Shown here one piece after another: positions 39,000 through 50,479 of a stretch of DNA of 64,000 nucleotides; within the stretch, counting starts at the first letter, position 1, and each line of letters begins with the position of its first letter. A program made the position numbers and the translations under genes. The DNA comes from Vicugna vicugna (lineage: Eukaryota): positions 7,874,302-7,938,301 of the forward strand of contig MU058065.1 in the NCBI GenBank assembly GCA_013265495.1, written 5' to 3'. The notes beneath the pieces are model-generated. The model was not told the origin of the DNA and did not search any database. It was given only the letters and a program-made list of their open reading frames with translations.

Positions 39000-39520
39000 C
39001 TCCTGTGTTCTTAGTTCTGTTACCAGCTCCACTGTCCATCCAGCTTCCTGGCTAGAAACCTCCTGTCCAACTTGGCCTCCCCCTTCCTTCTTCCCCAAGA
39101 CCATCTCCTGCCATCAGCCAGAAAGCCCTGCCCATCGGACCCCTGGGGTGGCCTTAGCTCTCTGCCACTGGACTTGTCAGGTCCCCATCTCTTCTCACGT
39201 GGACCGCATCACTGTAATAGCTTCCTAACCAGACTTTCCTTCTCTAATCTGTGACCTTTTCCATCCATCTTGTCAGAACCATCCTCCTAAAACACAAATC
39301 ATTCTCCTCTGGACCTCTGCTCTCTGCCATTGCCCCCGGGGAGAAACACAAGCCAAAGTCCTTCAACAAGCATTTAGGTGGCTTCCAGATCTGAGCCCCA
39401 CTTTGACTGTCTTCCCTCTCTGGGACATGCCATCCACTTTCCCACTTGTGTGCCTTTTCTCCACCTCCCTGTCCCTATCCCACCACACACAGGCTTCCAA
39501 GTTCAGCTCAAACATCATCC
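39000..39520 (+). mobile_element. L2 fragment
   Basis: ccactgtccatccagc..ctagaaacct..actgtaatagcttcctaac..cctaaaacacaaatc..caagttcagctcaaacatca. Confidence 0.6.
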
Positions 39521-39544
39521 CCTCCGTGTGACCCTGGGGGCAGG

Positions 39545-39730
39545 CAGGCTGCCATTGGGTTCACACCCGACTCCCACATATATGAGCTGAGGGACCTCAA
39601 GAAAGTTACTAAACCTCAGTTTCTTCATCCGCAACACAGGACCATAGCATTCCTACCAGTTGTTAGCAGAGTAAATGAGATACTTCATTAGAAGCATGTA
39701 TGTAGCACCAGGCACATTGCTGGTGTCTTT
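39545..39730 (+). mobile_element. MIR SINE
   Basis: aacctcagtttcttcatccgcaa..agtaaatgagata..tagcaccaggcaca. Confidence 0.65.
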
Positions 39731-40454
39731 CTACCACTGGTGGTGGTGGTGTCTCCCAGGCAGATCTCTTCGACCCTGCCTCCACACTTCAACCATAGTT
39801 TACCCGAATCTCCAGCGTGGGGCTGAATTACCTGGCTCTGTAATGAGACTGTTTTCGCCCATGGGCGCCTTACTTAGAAGACACAGGAATCCAGTCTGGT
39901 TTACGCCCCCTCCCCCAGCCCAGCACAGAGTCGGACCCGTGGTGCCTCCTGCTCCTCCCCCTCAGATCCTGCCATCCCCACTGGCTCTCAGTAAAGGCCT
40001 CTTTGATTCTGACTCCATGGGGGTCAGGTTGGGAGACAGGGTGTTTGTGAGATAGTGTGTGAGAGTGTGAGCAGGTCTGTGCAAGTGAACGTGAGTGGAT
40101 GGAGTGTGTATGTGAGTGTGTGGGTGTGTGTTAGACGAGGCTGCTTCCCAGTACAAATCATGTCATTTCCCTGTCCCCTCAGCTATCCCTCCTGCATGTC
40201 GAAATTTCTGCACGTCTGTCAACAGTCCAGACACAATCACGCAAAGCTACAAAACACTTGTGCAACTTGTCTCCACCCCTTGCTTCTTATGCTGCAGAGC
40301 GTGTACCAAGGCGAAGAGAAGAAAGATAGCATCACTGGGGCCCCCTTAGAGATGCACCCCCTTGAACTGAGGGTGCAAATGACATTCAGTCATCTCCAGG
40401 CGACTTGCTTCGTTGGCAGTTGGAGGAGTCTGTTCTGCCTTCATCATAAGATTA

Positions 40455-40640
40455 GCTAACACTTACTGAGCATTCTCTGTGCCAGACTCTTAACTTATCA
40501 GTAACAAACAAACTCAAAGGTAGTTGCTCTTATTATTTCCAGTTTGAAAAAAAATAAAAAAACAAGGCACAGAAAGATTAAACAGCTTGCCCAAAGCCAC
40601 GCAATAGTAAGTGATGAAGACCGAGTTCAACCCAAGCAGT
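40455..40640 (-). mobile_element. MIR SINE
   Basis: tagctaacacttactgagcatt..gtgccaga..aggcacagaaagattaaacagcttgcccaaagccac..gttcaacccaagcag. Confidence 0.75.
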
Positions 40641-42401
40641 GTAATAAATAATAGCTGTGTATGTAACTACTAGGGTTACTGCCAGCAGTGGCTGTTTCAG
40701 GGTTCTGTCCCTCCCCCAGTGCTGCTGAGATCAGAGATAAAAGAGTGAGTGTGTGTGTGTGTCTGTGTGTCTGTGTGAGTCTCAATAACCAGAACATGAA
40801 AACTGGGCAACTTGAGCAGGTGCTGGAAAGAACAGAAGAATGGGAACCAAGGAGAAGCCTCATGGTTCTCAAACGTTCAACCCTGTAGGTCTCTGAAAAG
40901 CACCCCCACTGGACTGGAGCTGAGTGTCAGTGACCCAGCCTAGAGGATCAGCCTGACACCGGGGGGCGGGGTGCCAGTTGGACTGCAGGCAGCAGCAATT
41001 TGTTCTCGGGTGCAGCCAAGCCACTTGGAGTTGTGGGATCAGCAGAGGTCAGGGCAGGGGCGGGCTACAGAAGCCTAAGCTAGCGACCAGCCTGTTACTT
41101 AGTGGAACGGTGCTTCCAGACAGGATGCAGAGGAGGCGCTCAAAATGCGGCTCAAGGGCCACAGGCAACAGGAACCCCCGCCCCCTCAGAGAGCTCAGTA
41201 GATTGAAGATTTGGGGGGTCCCACCCTTTTCAGCCACAGTCTCAGGGACCTGACCTTGAAATCTACATTTTTCACAAGATCCTCTAGTGAGTCTGATTCG
41301 CTCTCAAACCCCGAGAGCCACCAGCCTACAGAAATGCACAGCCAATCATCTTAAATCAGGTTCCCCAACAGCAGGCCCTGAGAGGGGGTTCTTACGTGCC
41401 GATTCATTATGGAAGTGCCCCCAAAAGGTCCAGTAAGGAAACGGAGGTGCAGAACAAGAAGGAAGAAACCCAGCTAGGATGTGAACTCAGACAAAGTCCA
41501 GCAGAAAGTGGCTTCCGCCTGCTCCCCCAGGGACTCTGGAGGGTAAGTCGCGTCTCCAGGGTCAGCCACCCTGAGTCCTTCAAGTATCAAGATCTTAACC
41601 ACATCTAAGACTTTGCTAATTTTCTAGTCAAAACTGGGTTTTTACTGGTGAAATTGGTACCCCAATTATGAGTATGAAGAATGATGGAAATGGGCTGTTT
41701 TCATGAAATTAAAGCTAGGTACAACATGTAGATTGGCTAAAATAGGTTAGAAAGCCTCCCCACCTGGCATGAAGAGGGTGTAAAAACCAGAGAAGACTTG
41801 GGCCTGTAACTAGGAGAGCTTCTGGGACTTGGCCCCTAAGTGACCCTGGGTCCAGCCATTGGGCGGAAAGATTTTTAGTGGCCTGATGCTAGTTAGCGTA
41901 ATAGGAGCCCCCCTTTGGGACTGTGTGGCTTCTGCCTTGAGTAAACTTTGCATGGGCAGTCACAGCAGCTACCAGGACAACCTCACTTAGGTTAACAGAG
42001 CAGATGTGCGATCCTGCCTATTTGACACTGAACTCCTGTTTGATAACTATAGGTATGAATCTGGCCAGACTTGCTTTCCTTAGAACATGGTGGCGGAAGT
42101 AGATGGAACAGCTCACCTCACCCAACTCCAGCTTCTTTAGCTCTGCATTAACCTTCGAAAATACCTGAGAGTTGTGCTCAGGTAGATAGACTCCAGTTGG
42201 CTGTGACAGGGAGGACAAGCTGGGAGTGACACACTTACGCTGGGATGAGCACAAGATATTTTCAGTTGTTCATGATGATGGTTGGGGTTCCCTAGACTGC
42301 TTGCCTCAGATCATCTGAGGGGTCTGCTAAAGAATAAATTTCTGGCCCCTCCTGAGACCTATGGAGTCAGAATCGGTGGTGAGGGGGTGGGTAGGGAAGA
42401 T

Positions 42402-42842
42402 AGGTAGTTGGCATTTTTAATTTTTTATTTTATTGCATTTTGCTGTTGTTGTTGCTGTGTTTGTTAGCAACACATTTTTTAGAAAGCACCCTAGTGATTT
42501 TCTGCACATTAAAATCTAAGAACCACCACTAAGCAAATTTCTCCTCACTTCCCCATACCCACGCTCAGGGTCAAGCACATAGCTGGTGTGGGGGATGTCC
42601 AGAGGAGAGCTAGTACCCTGTACACAGGTAGTTGGCATGTTTAATTTTTTATTTTATTGCATTTTACTGTTGTTGCTGCTGTGTTTGTTAGCCTTTTTTA
42701 GAAAGCACCCTACTGATTTTCTGCACATTAAAATCTAAGAACCACCACTAAGCAAATGTCTCCTCACTTCCCCATACCCACGCTCAGGGTCAAGCGCATA
42801 GCTGGTGTGGGGGATGTCCAGAGGAGAGCTAGTACCCTGTAC
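42402..42842. repeat. Local tandem duplication, 2 copies of ~220 bp
   Basis: Copy 1 (42402-42623) and copy 2 (42626-42842) both run aggtagttggcat...gagctagtaccctgtac. They differ by a few substitutions and small indels and are separated by 'ac'. Confidence 0.95.
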
Positions 42843-42969
42843 TGTTCTTCCTTGATTGCATCCCCAGGTCTGCTTCTGATAAGGGGAGAGCCATCCAGGA
42901 GGCGGGAGCTATCAGAAATAGAGGGGCTAGAGCTTTGTGACTCCACTACTAAGAATTCAGATAGGAAGC

Positions 42970-43656
42970 CTCCCCACCCATTGGCCACCTGGTGCCCACT
43001 CCCCAAGCCAGACCCTGCCCTGCCCATGCCGAAAGCCCAGCCATGCCCACCACGCCCACCATTCAGCAGCCAGGAGAAAGATGGCGCCTGGGAAAGAGCA
43101 TGGACTTTGATAAACACATGAAAGCAGTAGGAGCGGGAATGGCTCTGTCAAAAATGGGTGCAATGGCCAAATCGGATTGTATCATCCCTTCTGACAACAA
43201 AAGCCTCACTGTGAAAGCTGTGAGCTCTGTGAAAACGACACAGTTTTCTTGTAACCCAGGAGAGAGGGTCGAAGAAACTGTAGCTGATGGCAGAAAACTC
43301 AGATCTGCAATCTGACAAAAGACACATGGGTTCAACACCAGCAACAGAATGAGAGAGAAAAAAACCAATGACAAGAAAATGAACGATGGAAAATTAGTGG
43401 TGGGATGCATCATGAACGATGTCACCTGTGTTCAGATCTATGAAAGAGCAGAATAAAAATTCATCATCACGTTTGATGACAGCTAGCTGTGAGATTATAA
43501 GCAAGTGCAGTCCAAATCTTCATAGTGCTGTTTTTTTAAAAATTTTGTTTCTGCATTCAATTATCTTTATTACAAACATTTTACATATGACTATATCAAA
43601 GTGTTCCTTTAATTAGCAAATAAATGTGGTTTTGCTTTTAAAAATAAAAAATAAAG
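42970..43656 (+). pseudogene. FABP5: Processed (retrotransposed) pseudogene of epidermal fatty acid-binding protein FABP5
   Basis: Intronless translation TIQQ..RWRL..FDKHMKAVGAGMALSKMGAMAKSDCII..KSLTVK..KTTQFSCNPGERVEETVADGRK and, after frameshifts, DGKLVVGCIMNDVTCVQIYERAE* match FABP5. The start codon is mutated to ACG (43052-43054), there is a premature TGA at 43313-43315 and the ancestral TAA is at 43454-43456. A 3'UTR with AATAAA (43619-43624) and an A-rich tail (~43640-43656) follow. Flanking TSD-like repeats: aagaattcagataggaagc (42951-42969) / aagaattcaagcaggaggc (43657-43675). Confidence 0.95.
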
Positions 43657-45859
43657 AAGAATTCAAGCAGGAGGCTAACTCACAACAGAGTTTCTAGCTA
43701 GTATTCCAACAGAGAAGATCTTAAGCAGGTGTCTTTATGTGGGACTGTGTTAAGTTCTGAAATCTTTATAACTTCTCTCACACCCAGTTAAACAAAGCAC
43801 AGGCAGGGAAGGTGGGAGGTGATGGGCTTACCTTTGGTGATAGGGAGGAAACTGGCTAAAGCCTGTCTTTGCTGGGGGAGGAGCAGAGTTAAGAATGGAA
43901 CAGAAGGTGACAGCTCCCCCAGAGAGAGGAGGAGATTACCTGAATAACTGGAAGTAGCAGAGGCCAGTGCCTGTGCAGTGCCAGGCCTTCGGCTGGGTCT
44001 TTCCCTTACCTACCTGATCACATTTCGTTTTCCCAAGAAGCCAAAGGTTGTGTCTAGTTTTCCTCTTTACAGATAAGGAAACTGAAACCCAAAGGCATTC
44101 AGTGACCTACCCCGGTCACTCAGTTGGAAAGTGGCAGAGTCTTGGAGGTGACCTGCTTCAGAAAGTATTCCAGGCCCAGGAAGATTCCAGAGGGAGGGAG
44201 GGTGCAGGGGAAGCCTGAGAACTGAGCAGGGACGATGAGCTTGGGGCACAGAGTGAGGGGGAGAGCGGGGAGGGGGTGAGACTTGCTGGGCCAGGCAGCC
44301 TGCTGTTAAAGTGGTGCTCTCCCTGCTCCCTTAGATGCTGATCGAGGGGCAGGAAAAAAAAAGAAAAAAGAAAAACTTCATCAGTGAGCAGCGAGTGACA
44401 AAGCTGAGACACAGAAAATCTTGGAGCCGGACCCTGAAAACTCAGCAGCCTCTGATCACTCTGCTTCAGATTTTGATACTTGGAAAAGCAAGGGTCGCTG
44501 CATGTTTCATCCTCCTCTCTCTCCCCTGTCTCTCTCTCTCTCCTTCCCTCCTTCCTTCATCCTCCCCTTCTCCTGTCTTTTTATCAGCACATGCAGCAAA
44601 TACTGCTGACACCCCTTCCACAAGCCACACACAGGAAACAATTTCCCAAGCATCTTCCCTTCCATTAGCTCCTCTGACCCTGATCTCCCCACCAAGAGGT
44701 GTGACGTAGCATCATCTCCATGTTGAATGATGAGGGAACTGGCTGAGGTTCCACAGCTGGTCACTGGCCAGGCATGGACTTGAACTCAGAACTCTCTCAG
44801 TCTAAAGCCTTTGGTTCGTGCTGTTTATCCCCTACCCAAGGTCCTCACCCTCACTTTGTCCGTTCTGAGGCAGCTGTTGAACAAACTCAGCCGACCCCAT
44901 GGGCTCCCTCGCCACCCCTGCCAAGGTTGCTGTCAGAGGAGGGAAGGGCAGGAACAGTGAAAAAGCTGTTTGGTGTCCCAGGTCATGGACCATGCCAGCG
45001 CTGGGCTCCAGGAGAAGCGAAATCTGCATCCAGCCAAAGTGGCAGGGGAACAAGAGACCAGAGAGAAGAACATGTTAACAATCTTCAAATCTCATACTTG
45101 AGAGGTGTGAACACTGAGAACCAGAACTCGATGTGTACCCGCCCCAGAGGGCACCGAGGACCAGGGGCTGGAGATGGTCAGAGAAGCTGTCAGAAGGGCC
45201 AGAATGGGACAGAAGAAAGGAAGACGAGGGTGGAGGTGGAGGGATATGGCATTGACGGTGGGCATCAGGCATCGCTCATCGAAGGACCAGTACGATGCCC
45301 CTGGTTTGAAGACTGTGAGGCATCACCAGACACTGGCAGGGACAGCTCACTACCCCTGCCTTCCTGCAGGGAGTCCAGAATGGCCTGAATGGAGGGAGGT
45401 CCCTGCTACTGCCTCGAGAGCGGGGAGGACTGCGATGGGAGGGAAGACAAGCCAAACTCTGAGGGGAGGACCCTGGATGGGGGCAAGGCGAGAAGTGCTC
45501 TGGCCTGAAAGATGCATTTGGCAGCAGAATCTAGACATTTTGCCTGACCCAGAGCTTCACGACGTGTTCTTTTCTGTTGCTGCGATGACAAAGATAAAGA
45601 GGGAGGAAAACAAACCCATGAAACAGGCAGAACTCCTCTCTCACCTCCCTTGACCCTGCAGAAAGCAACTCCACGGGGGGACCAGGGGTTTGGCGAGCAC
45701 ACAGGCGCAAAGCCAATGTAGAGCTCAAGGATTCACCCCGGGTTCAGGAAGGTCACCTCTGCCAGTAGCTGGGAGCCTGCCCCACCTCTTCCCATTCTCA
45801 CCCCCTGGCTTAGGCAGATGATCGGGATGAGCTGCCCCCAGGGGGACGCCAGCACAGGT

Positions 45860-46200
45860 CATCCTGTCTCTGGAAGCACCAGCCCCTCGCCTCATCTCCG
45901 CAGCTGTTAGGCAGCCTGGGCAAGAGCGGGCCGCGCAGGCTCGGGTTACAGGTATAAACAGCCGCAGAACCAGCGGGCTCCGGTCTGGCCCATCTTTGGC
46001 TTCTGCCTCGGGGGAGGTGGGAGCTGGTGGAAGCAGCTTCTCAAGGTAGGCTTCCCCCTCTCTGCCCTCTCCCACCCCCTCTCCTTCTGCGCTCCTCTGA
46101 GTTTTCTCCAGAGACTCCAGATCTTCCTTTCCCAGCGTGGTCATGCGTGCCGGTCCCGGTGACCTCGGCATGCGCTGCGGTGCACGTGAACAGCCCATCT
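45860..46200 (+). promoter_or_regulatory. Candidate CpG-enriched promoter/enhancer with TATA box
   Basis: Local CpG enrichment in non-repeat DNA; TATAAA at 45953-45958; E-box CAGCTG ~45901; possible donor AAG|GTAGGC ~46045; GCGTG, ERE-like GGTCCcggTGACC and CACGTG at 46145-46188. Motif inference only. Confidence 0.4.
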
Positions 46201-49200
46201 GACAAAGTCCGGCAGATCAGAACTGTGTTGCTTTTGGCCAAAGGCCACCCCACCATCCATCTGTATACACACAGTCCCTTTCCTCTGAGCAACAGATACT
46301 CCTGTGTATTTGTCTTCCTTCCAACCTTAACCCTGGGGGCTGGAGGTTCGTATTTTTTGGCTCTCTGAGTTCCCTGTTGCACCCAAAATGGGGTGCTGTG
46401 TCTTTGGAGTATTTCACCAAGAACGGTGATGATCAGAGTGTGCACAGTGGGGGCTTCCAGGGTTCACTTTGCAAACCCAGCAGAAAGGGAGTCTCTGTCT
46501 CTGGAAGAGAATCCAGAAATCCAAGACTGGCCTTCTTACCAAAGGGCTTCCCCATAATCTTCAGAAGCAAAGACTGCTGGGCTGGACCTCTTCTGCATGG
46601 TGGCTGAGAACTTCAGAGTGTAGATGACATCCAGGGAGCCCCTCCAGGTGTGTGGATTCCAAACAGAGGAGGACAAACCACTGACAGCCTAAGCAAATGC
46701 GCCCTAGCACTGATTCAGACAGAGCAATCTGCTCCCAAAGGGCAGGAGGACTGGCCTGACTCAACCTCAGTGCCACCTCAGTGTTCCTAGCTGGCAGACT
46801 TGTGGAATTCTCTCCAGCTCTTACTAAACAATTACAGCCTGATTCTCCAACAGTATAAGGGGGCTGGGTCCCTGCTCTTCAGTAGCTGGGTGATCTTCGG
46901 AGTCTCTTCACTTCTCCATGAGTCTGTTTTCTTCCCATAAAATGCAGGTACCCGTCAATCCACACATATGATCAGTTGGAGAAAGGCAGCCTTCTTATCT
47001 TGATAATGTGAAGAGTGAATGGCCTTTAGAAACTGAAATAAGGTGCAAAAAAATTCCCAGAGGGAAAGATCAGAAAGAAGAGGAGGCAGAGGGCAGAGGA
47101 CAGACTTCAAAAGTCTGAGCTACAGCGTCTGAAGGAGGCTCTGTGTGTTCCCAACGAGACCAGGCCAGGCCAGAACTGTGTGGATTTAATGATGCGGCTT
47201 CCAAGGTCCTCTGCTTTCTATCATCTATGAAGTCAGTTTGTGCAGCTTTGGGGGTCGATGTGTATGGGTGCGTGTTTTCAGTTGGCTGACTTGAAGATTC
47301 CTTCTTGGAAGAAGAAGTTGCCTTCTCTTTAAAAGTGTTTATTGATCATACACCAAATAAAGAAAACTTTATGGACGACAAATAAACACTAAGTATAGCA
47401 ACAAATACCTGGGGGGCCCAGGCCAGGGCTGCCCCTCCTGGACAGTGGTTTAGAAATAAGTCCTGCACACAGCAGGGGTGGGCATCCAGGATGCTGCCTT
47501 GTCCAGAGGGCAGACCCCTTGACCACCCTGCACTGAATTCTAGGATGCTCTGGGCTTCATCTCGTATCAAACCCCAGCTCCTCCTCACTTAAATCTTTAA
47601 CAACCCCCTTCGCAGACACACATCTGCAGAAACACACACACACACACACACGAGTGGCTTATTAATTGTATGTTAAATAAAGACACCTAGTTGTGGATTT
47701 AAGGCACTTCATCTATTCAACAATTATTACATACCTCTGATGTGCAGTGACCTGGTTAAAACTAGGCCAATTGCACAAATTCATCTGCTAGAGCAGGGAA
47801 AAGTTGATTCAGGGCTATGTAGCAATTTAATCAAAGAGTGAAACTATTTTTAAAATAGCCCTGAATGATTTTTTTTTTCTCCCTACACTTGGACAGTCAG
47901 GTCCATGGCCTTGGCATCAAAATGTTCTTGAGATCCAAGCCGGGGTGAGGAATGGAGCTAAAAAGACCTTCAAGTACTTCCAGTCCTTTCTCTGCTCCTG
48001 GATGGTTTTTAAGGGAAAAAGAAGAAAGAGTAAAAAGAAACATCCATTGGTTTAGATAAGCACTCTCTGTACTTGCATTTGTCTTGTTAGGCGCGGTTGG
48101 CCAAAGAGTCTGCTAAAAATATAATGAAGGAAGGGGGGCTGGCGGTGTCAGTCAGAGAGAAGTGGAAACTAACCCGGTTCATTTCTGACTGGTCCCCCCA
48201 CAAATTCACCGCAATGTTTAAGCGTATCACCATCTGCCCCTCTTCTCAGCCCATTTTTGGCACTTGACTTGGGTAAGTGACTTTTTTAATAAAAGGGCAA
48301 AGTACTCTCACTTCTATTCTTTCTGTGGGATCAAGGGTCCCTGTCACTGAGATCAACTCTCCAGTCCTACGCAGGCCTGCATTCGGACACTGTGCCTCCC
48401 GGGGGTGAGGACAATGGACAGTGGCTGGAAGGAAGGCGGGCCCCTTGTGTGGGTGACAGAGGTAGACGCGAACCCATCTTGTGGTTTCCAGGGGGCCAGC
48501 AGCTGGGAGCACCCAAGTGTCACGTTTCTCAGCTTCCAGGGTCTGGTCATCCACGTGGTGGCTGGAGTTTGCCCAAAGGGAAGGGACGAGGTGTGCCCAG
48601 CAGGAGCGGCCCAGTAGCTGGGTGGTTAGCTCAGTGGGTTCCTTGGAGCTCTCCTGAGCGCTTCCCTTTCAGCCAGATCATGCTGGGCCTGCTGGGCTAG
48701 GCGAGCTGAGTCATCTGCAGGACAGGACAGCAATGGCTATAAATTATCCTGTGTTTAAGGATGGCTTTCTCAAACCCTGGCTTTGGGCTTGCAGTTTTTA
48801 TTTATATCTCTCGCAGGAATATTTTTCAAACTCATGACTGCACTCTGTATTGCTTTGGGGACACTCCAAGCACCTGGTCTTCTCTATAATGAGCCCTGCA
48901 GGCGACAGGCCCCCAGAGGCCCTGGGCCCGGACTCCGGATCGGCTCACATCCACACCCCTCCTCATACATCCCCCACAACCCACCGCCAGGCTAGGGCCT
49001 GTCTTATGCCTGGAAGTATGTCCACCTCTGCTGGCCCAGAGTCACACACAGGCACACAGATACAGTCAGAGACACACACACCCTCACAAACACACTCCAA
49101 ATGCAAAAGACTCTGAAACTATTAGTTCTCTGTACATTTTAGAGACAGCCTCTGCTCACAATGAAACACACAAACTGCAAGAGCTACCCGCAGGCCACAG

Positions 49201-50479
49201 GGTCCTCCAGGGGTCAGATGCCTAACCCTACCCACCCACCCCCAGGCTCAGGGGCATTTGGCAAGTGACTGACAAATTTGTATTTCCTTGTGTAACTTAG
49301 TTCTTTGTTGTAGCTTGTGCCTTACTTGGTACATAAAGAAGTGTCACAGACTAGAGGCTGCCAAACAATTTGCAGGCTTGAAAACAATTCCGTAGACCAA
49401 ATCCTCCCAAGTCAGGGTGAAGGAGCCCTCCCTCTTTGCGTATCTGGAGGAGAGGAGCAAACTTTGTTGAGAAGGGGGAAGGGGGTGTGAGGCTGTCTCT
49501 CCTGCTAATCAATCTCGATTCCTTTAGTCCCTCTGTGGCCCCCCACTTAGCCCTTTCTGGATCTCCCACCTCCCTAGCCTGTTCTTTTTCTTTCCTGCTT
49601 TGTAATTAGATAATTTTGAGTTGTTTAGTAAATTACTGGCTGTTATTTATTTATTTCCCTTGGTTTACTTACCGTTATTTGTTCTTTTCAAAGTCTCTTC
49701 AAGATAGAGCTAGCGAGCCTCATTCTTCCTACTGTACTGAGGCACAGAAAAGACAAAAGATACTGCCTGGGGCCACAGAAGGCAGTGGTTGTGATGTGAT
49801 GGATCTGAGTCCAACCCTGTCACCAGACCCTGCCTAGCAACCTCCTTCTGGGAAGGTGAACCCAGGACATGCTGTGGGTCCCGAGCCTCCTCATCCAAAT
49901 GGCACAGAACTGACCCCAACTCTCACTCTGCCGTGCTTCTGGGAAGCAGAACTCCCCAAGCTTTTGAGGCGAGATCTTATGGGGTTGTCCTCACCTGTCG
50001 GTAAAAGGGATGGTTAAGGCCCTCAATGGGGCAACAGTGACCCTATTGTTGAGTGAACTGCAATGCCAGAAATTTACAAAAAAGTCAACATCCTCCGTTG
50101 GGTAATGCCGTAGTTCCCCGATTCCTCCCTCTCCCCACCTGTGTCCCACTCCTCTTAAACACCTCCTGGTCACACACCTTTCATACTCTTACCCCACTAT
50201 CACCTCTAGCTATCTTCCAAGCATGGATGTATGCAAGGCATCACTTCCTCACCCCCAGAGCATCGAGCCATCGTCATCCCACTACTTCAACATCTCTGGA
50301 ATTTCTGCTCCTTCTGGCCAGTTTCTCCAGAGGAACATTGTTGTCACTGTCGTTGTGACTGTTTTTCTCTAACTTCACAAAGCTCTAATTCTTGCCACAT
50401 TCATCTCATGTCAATGTCTGGACCATCCCCTTCCATGTCTGTCCAAAGGTTACAGTTCAGTTGTGCTTGTCCTGCAGTT

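Noticed and set aside
42992..43315. Functional FABP CDS
   Set aside because: Mutated start, frameshifts, premature stop, no introns, poly(A) and TSDs mark it as a processed pseudogene.
44774..45653. Overlapping 204-aa and 159-aa ORFs
   Set aside because: No recognisable homology; open frames occur on both strands, as expected for GC-rich non-coding DNA.
45725..46198. 157-aa minus-strand ORF over the CpG-rich block
   Set aside because: Low-complexity G/P/A/R content typical of GC-rich DNA, with no known family.
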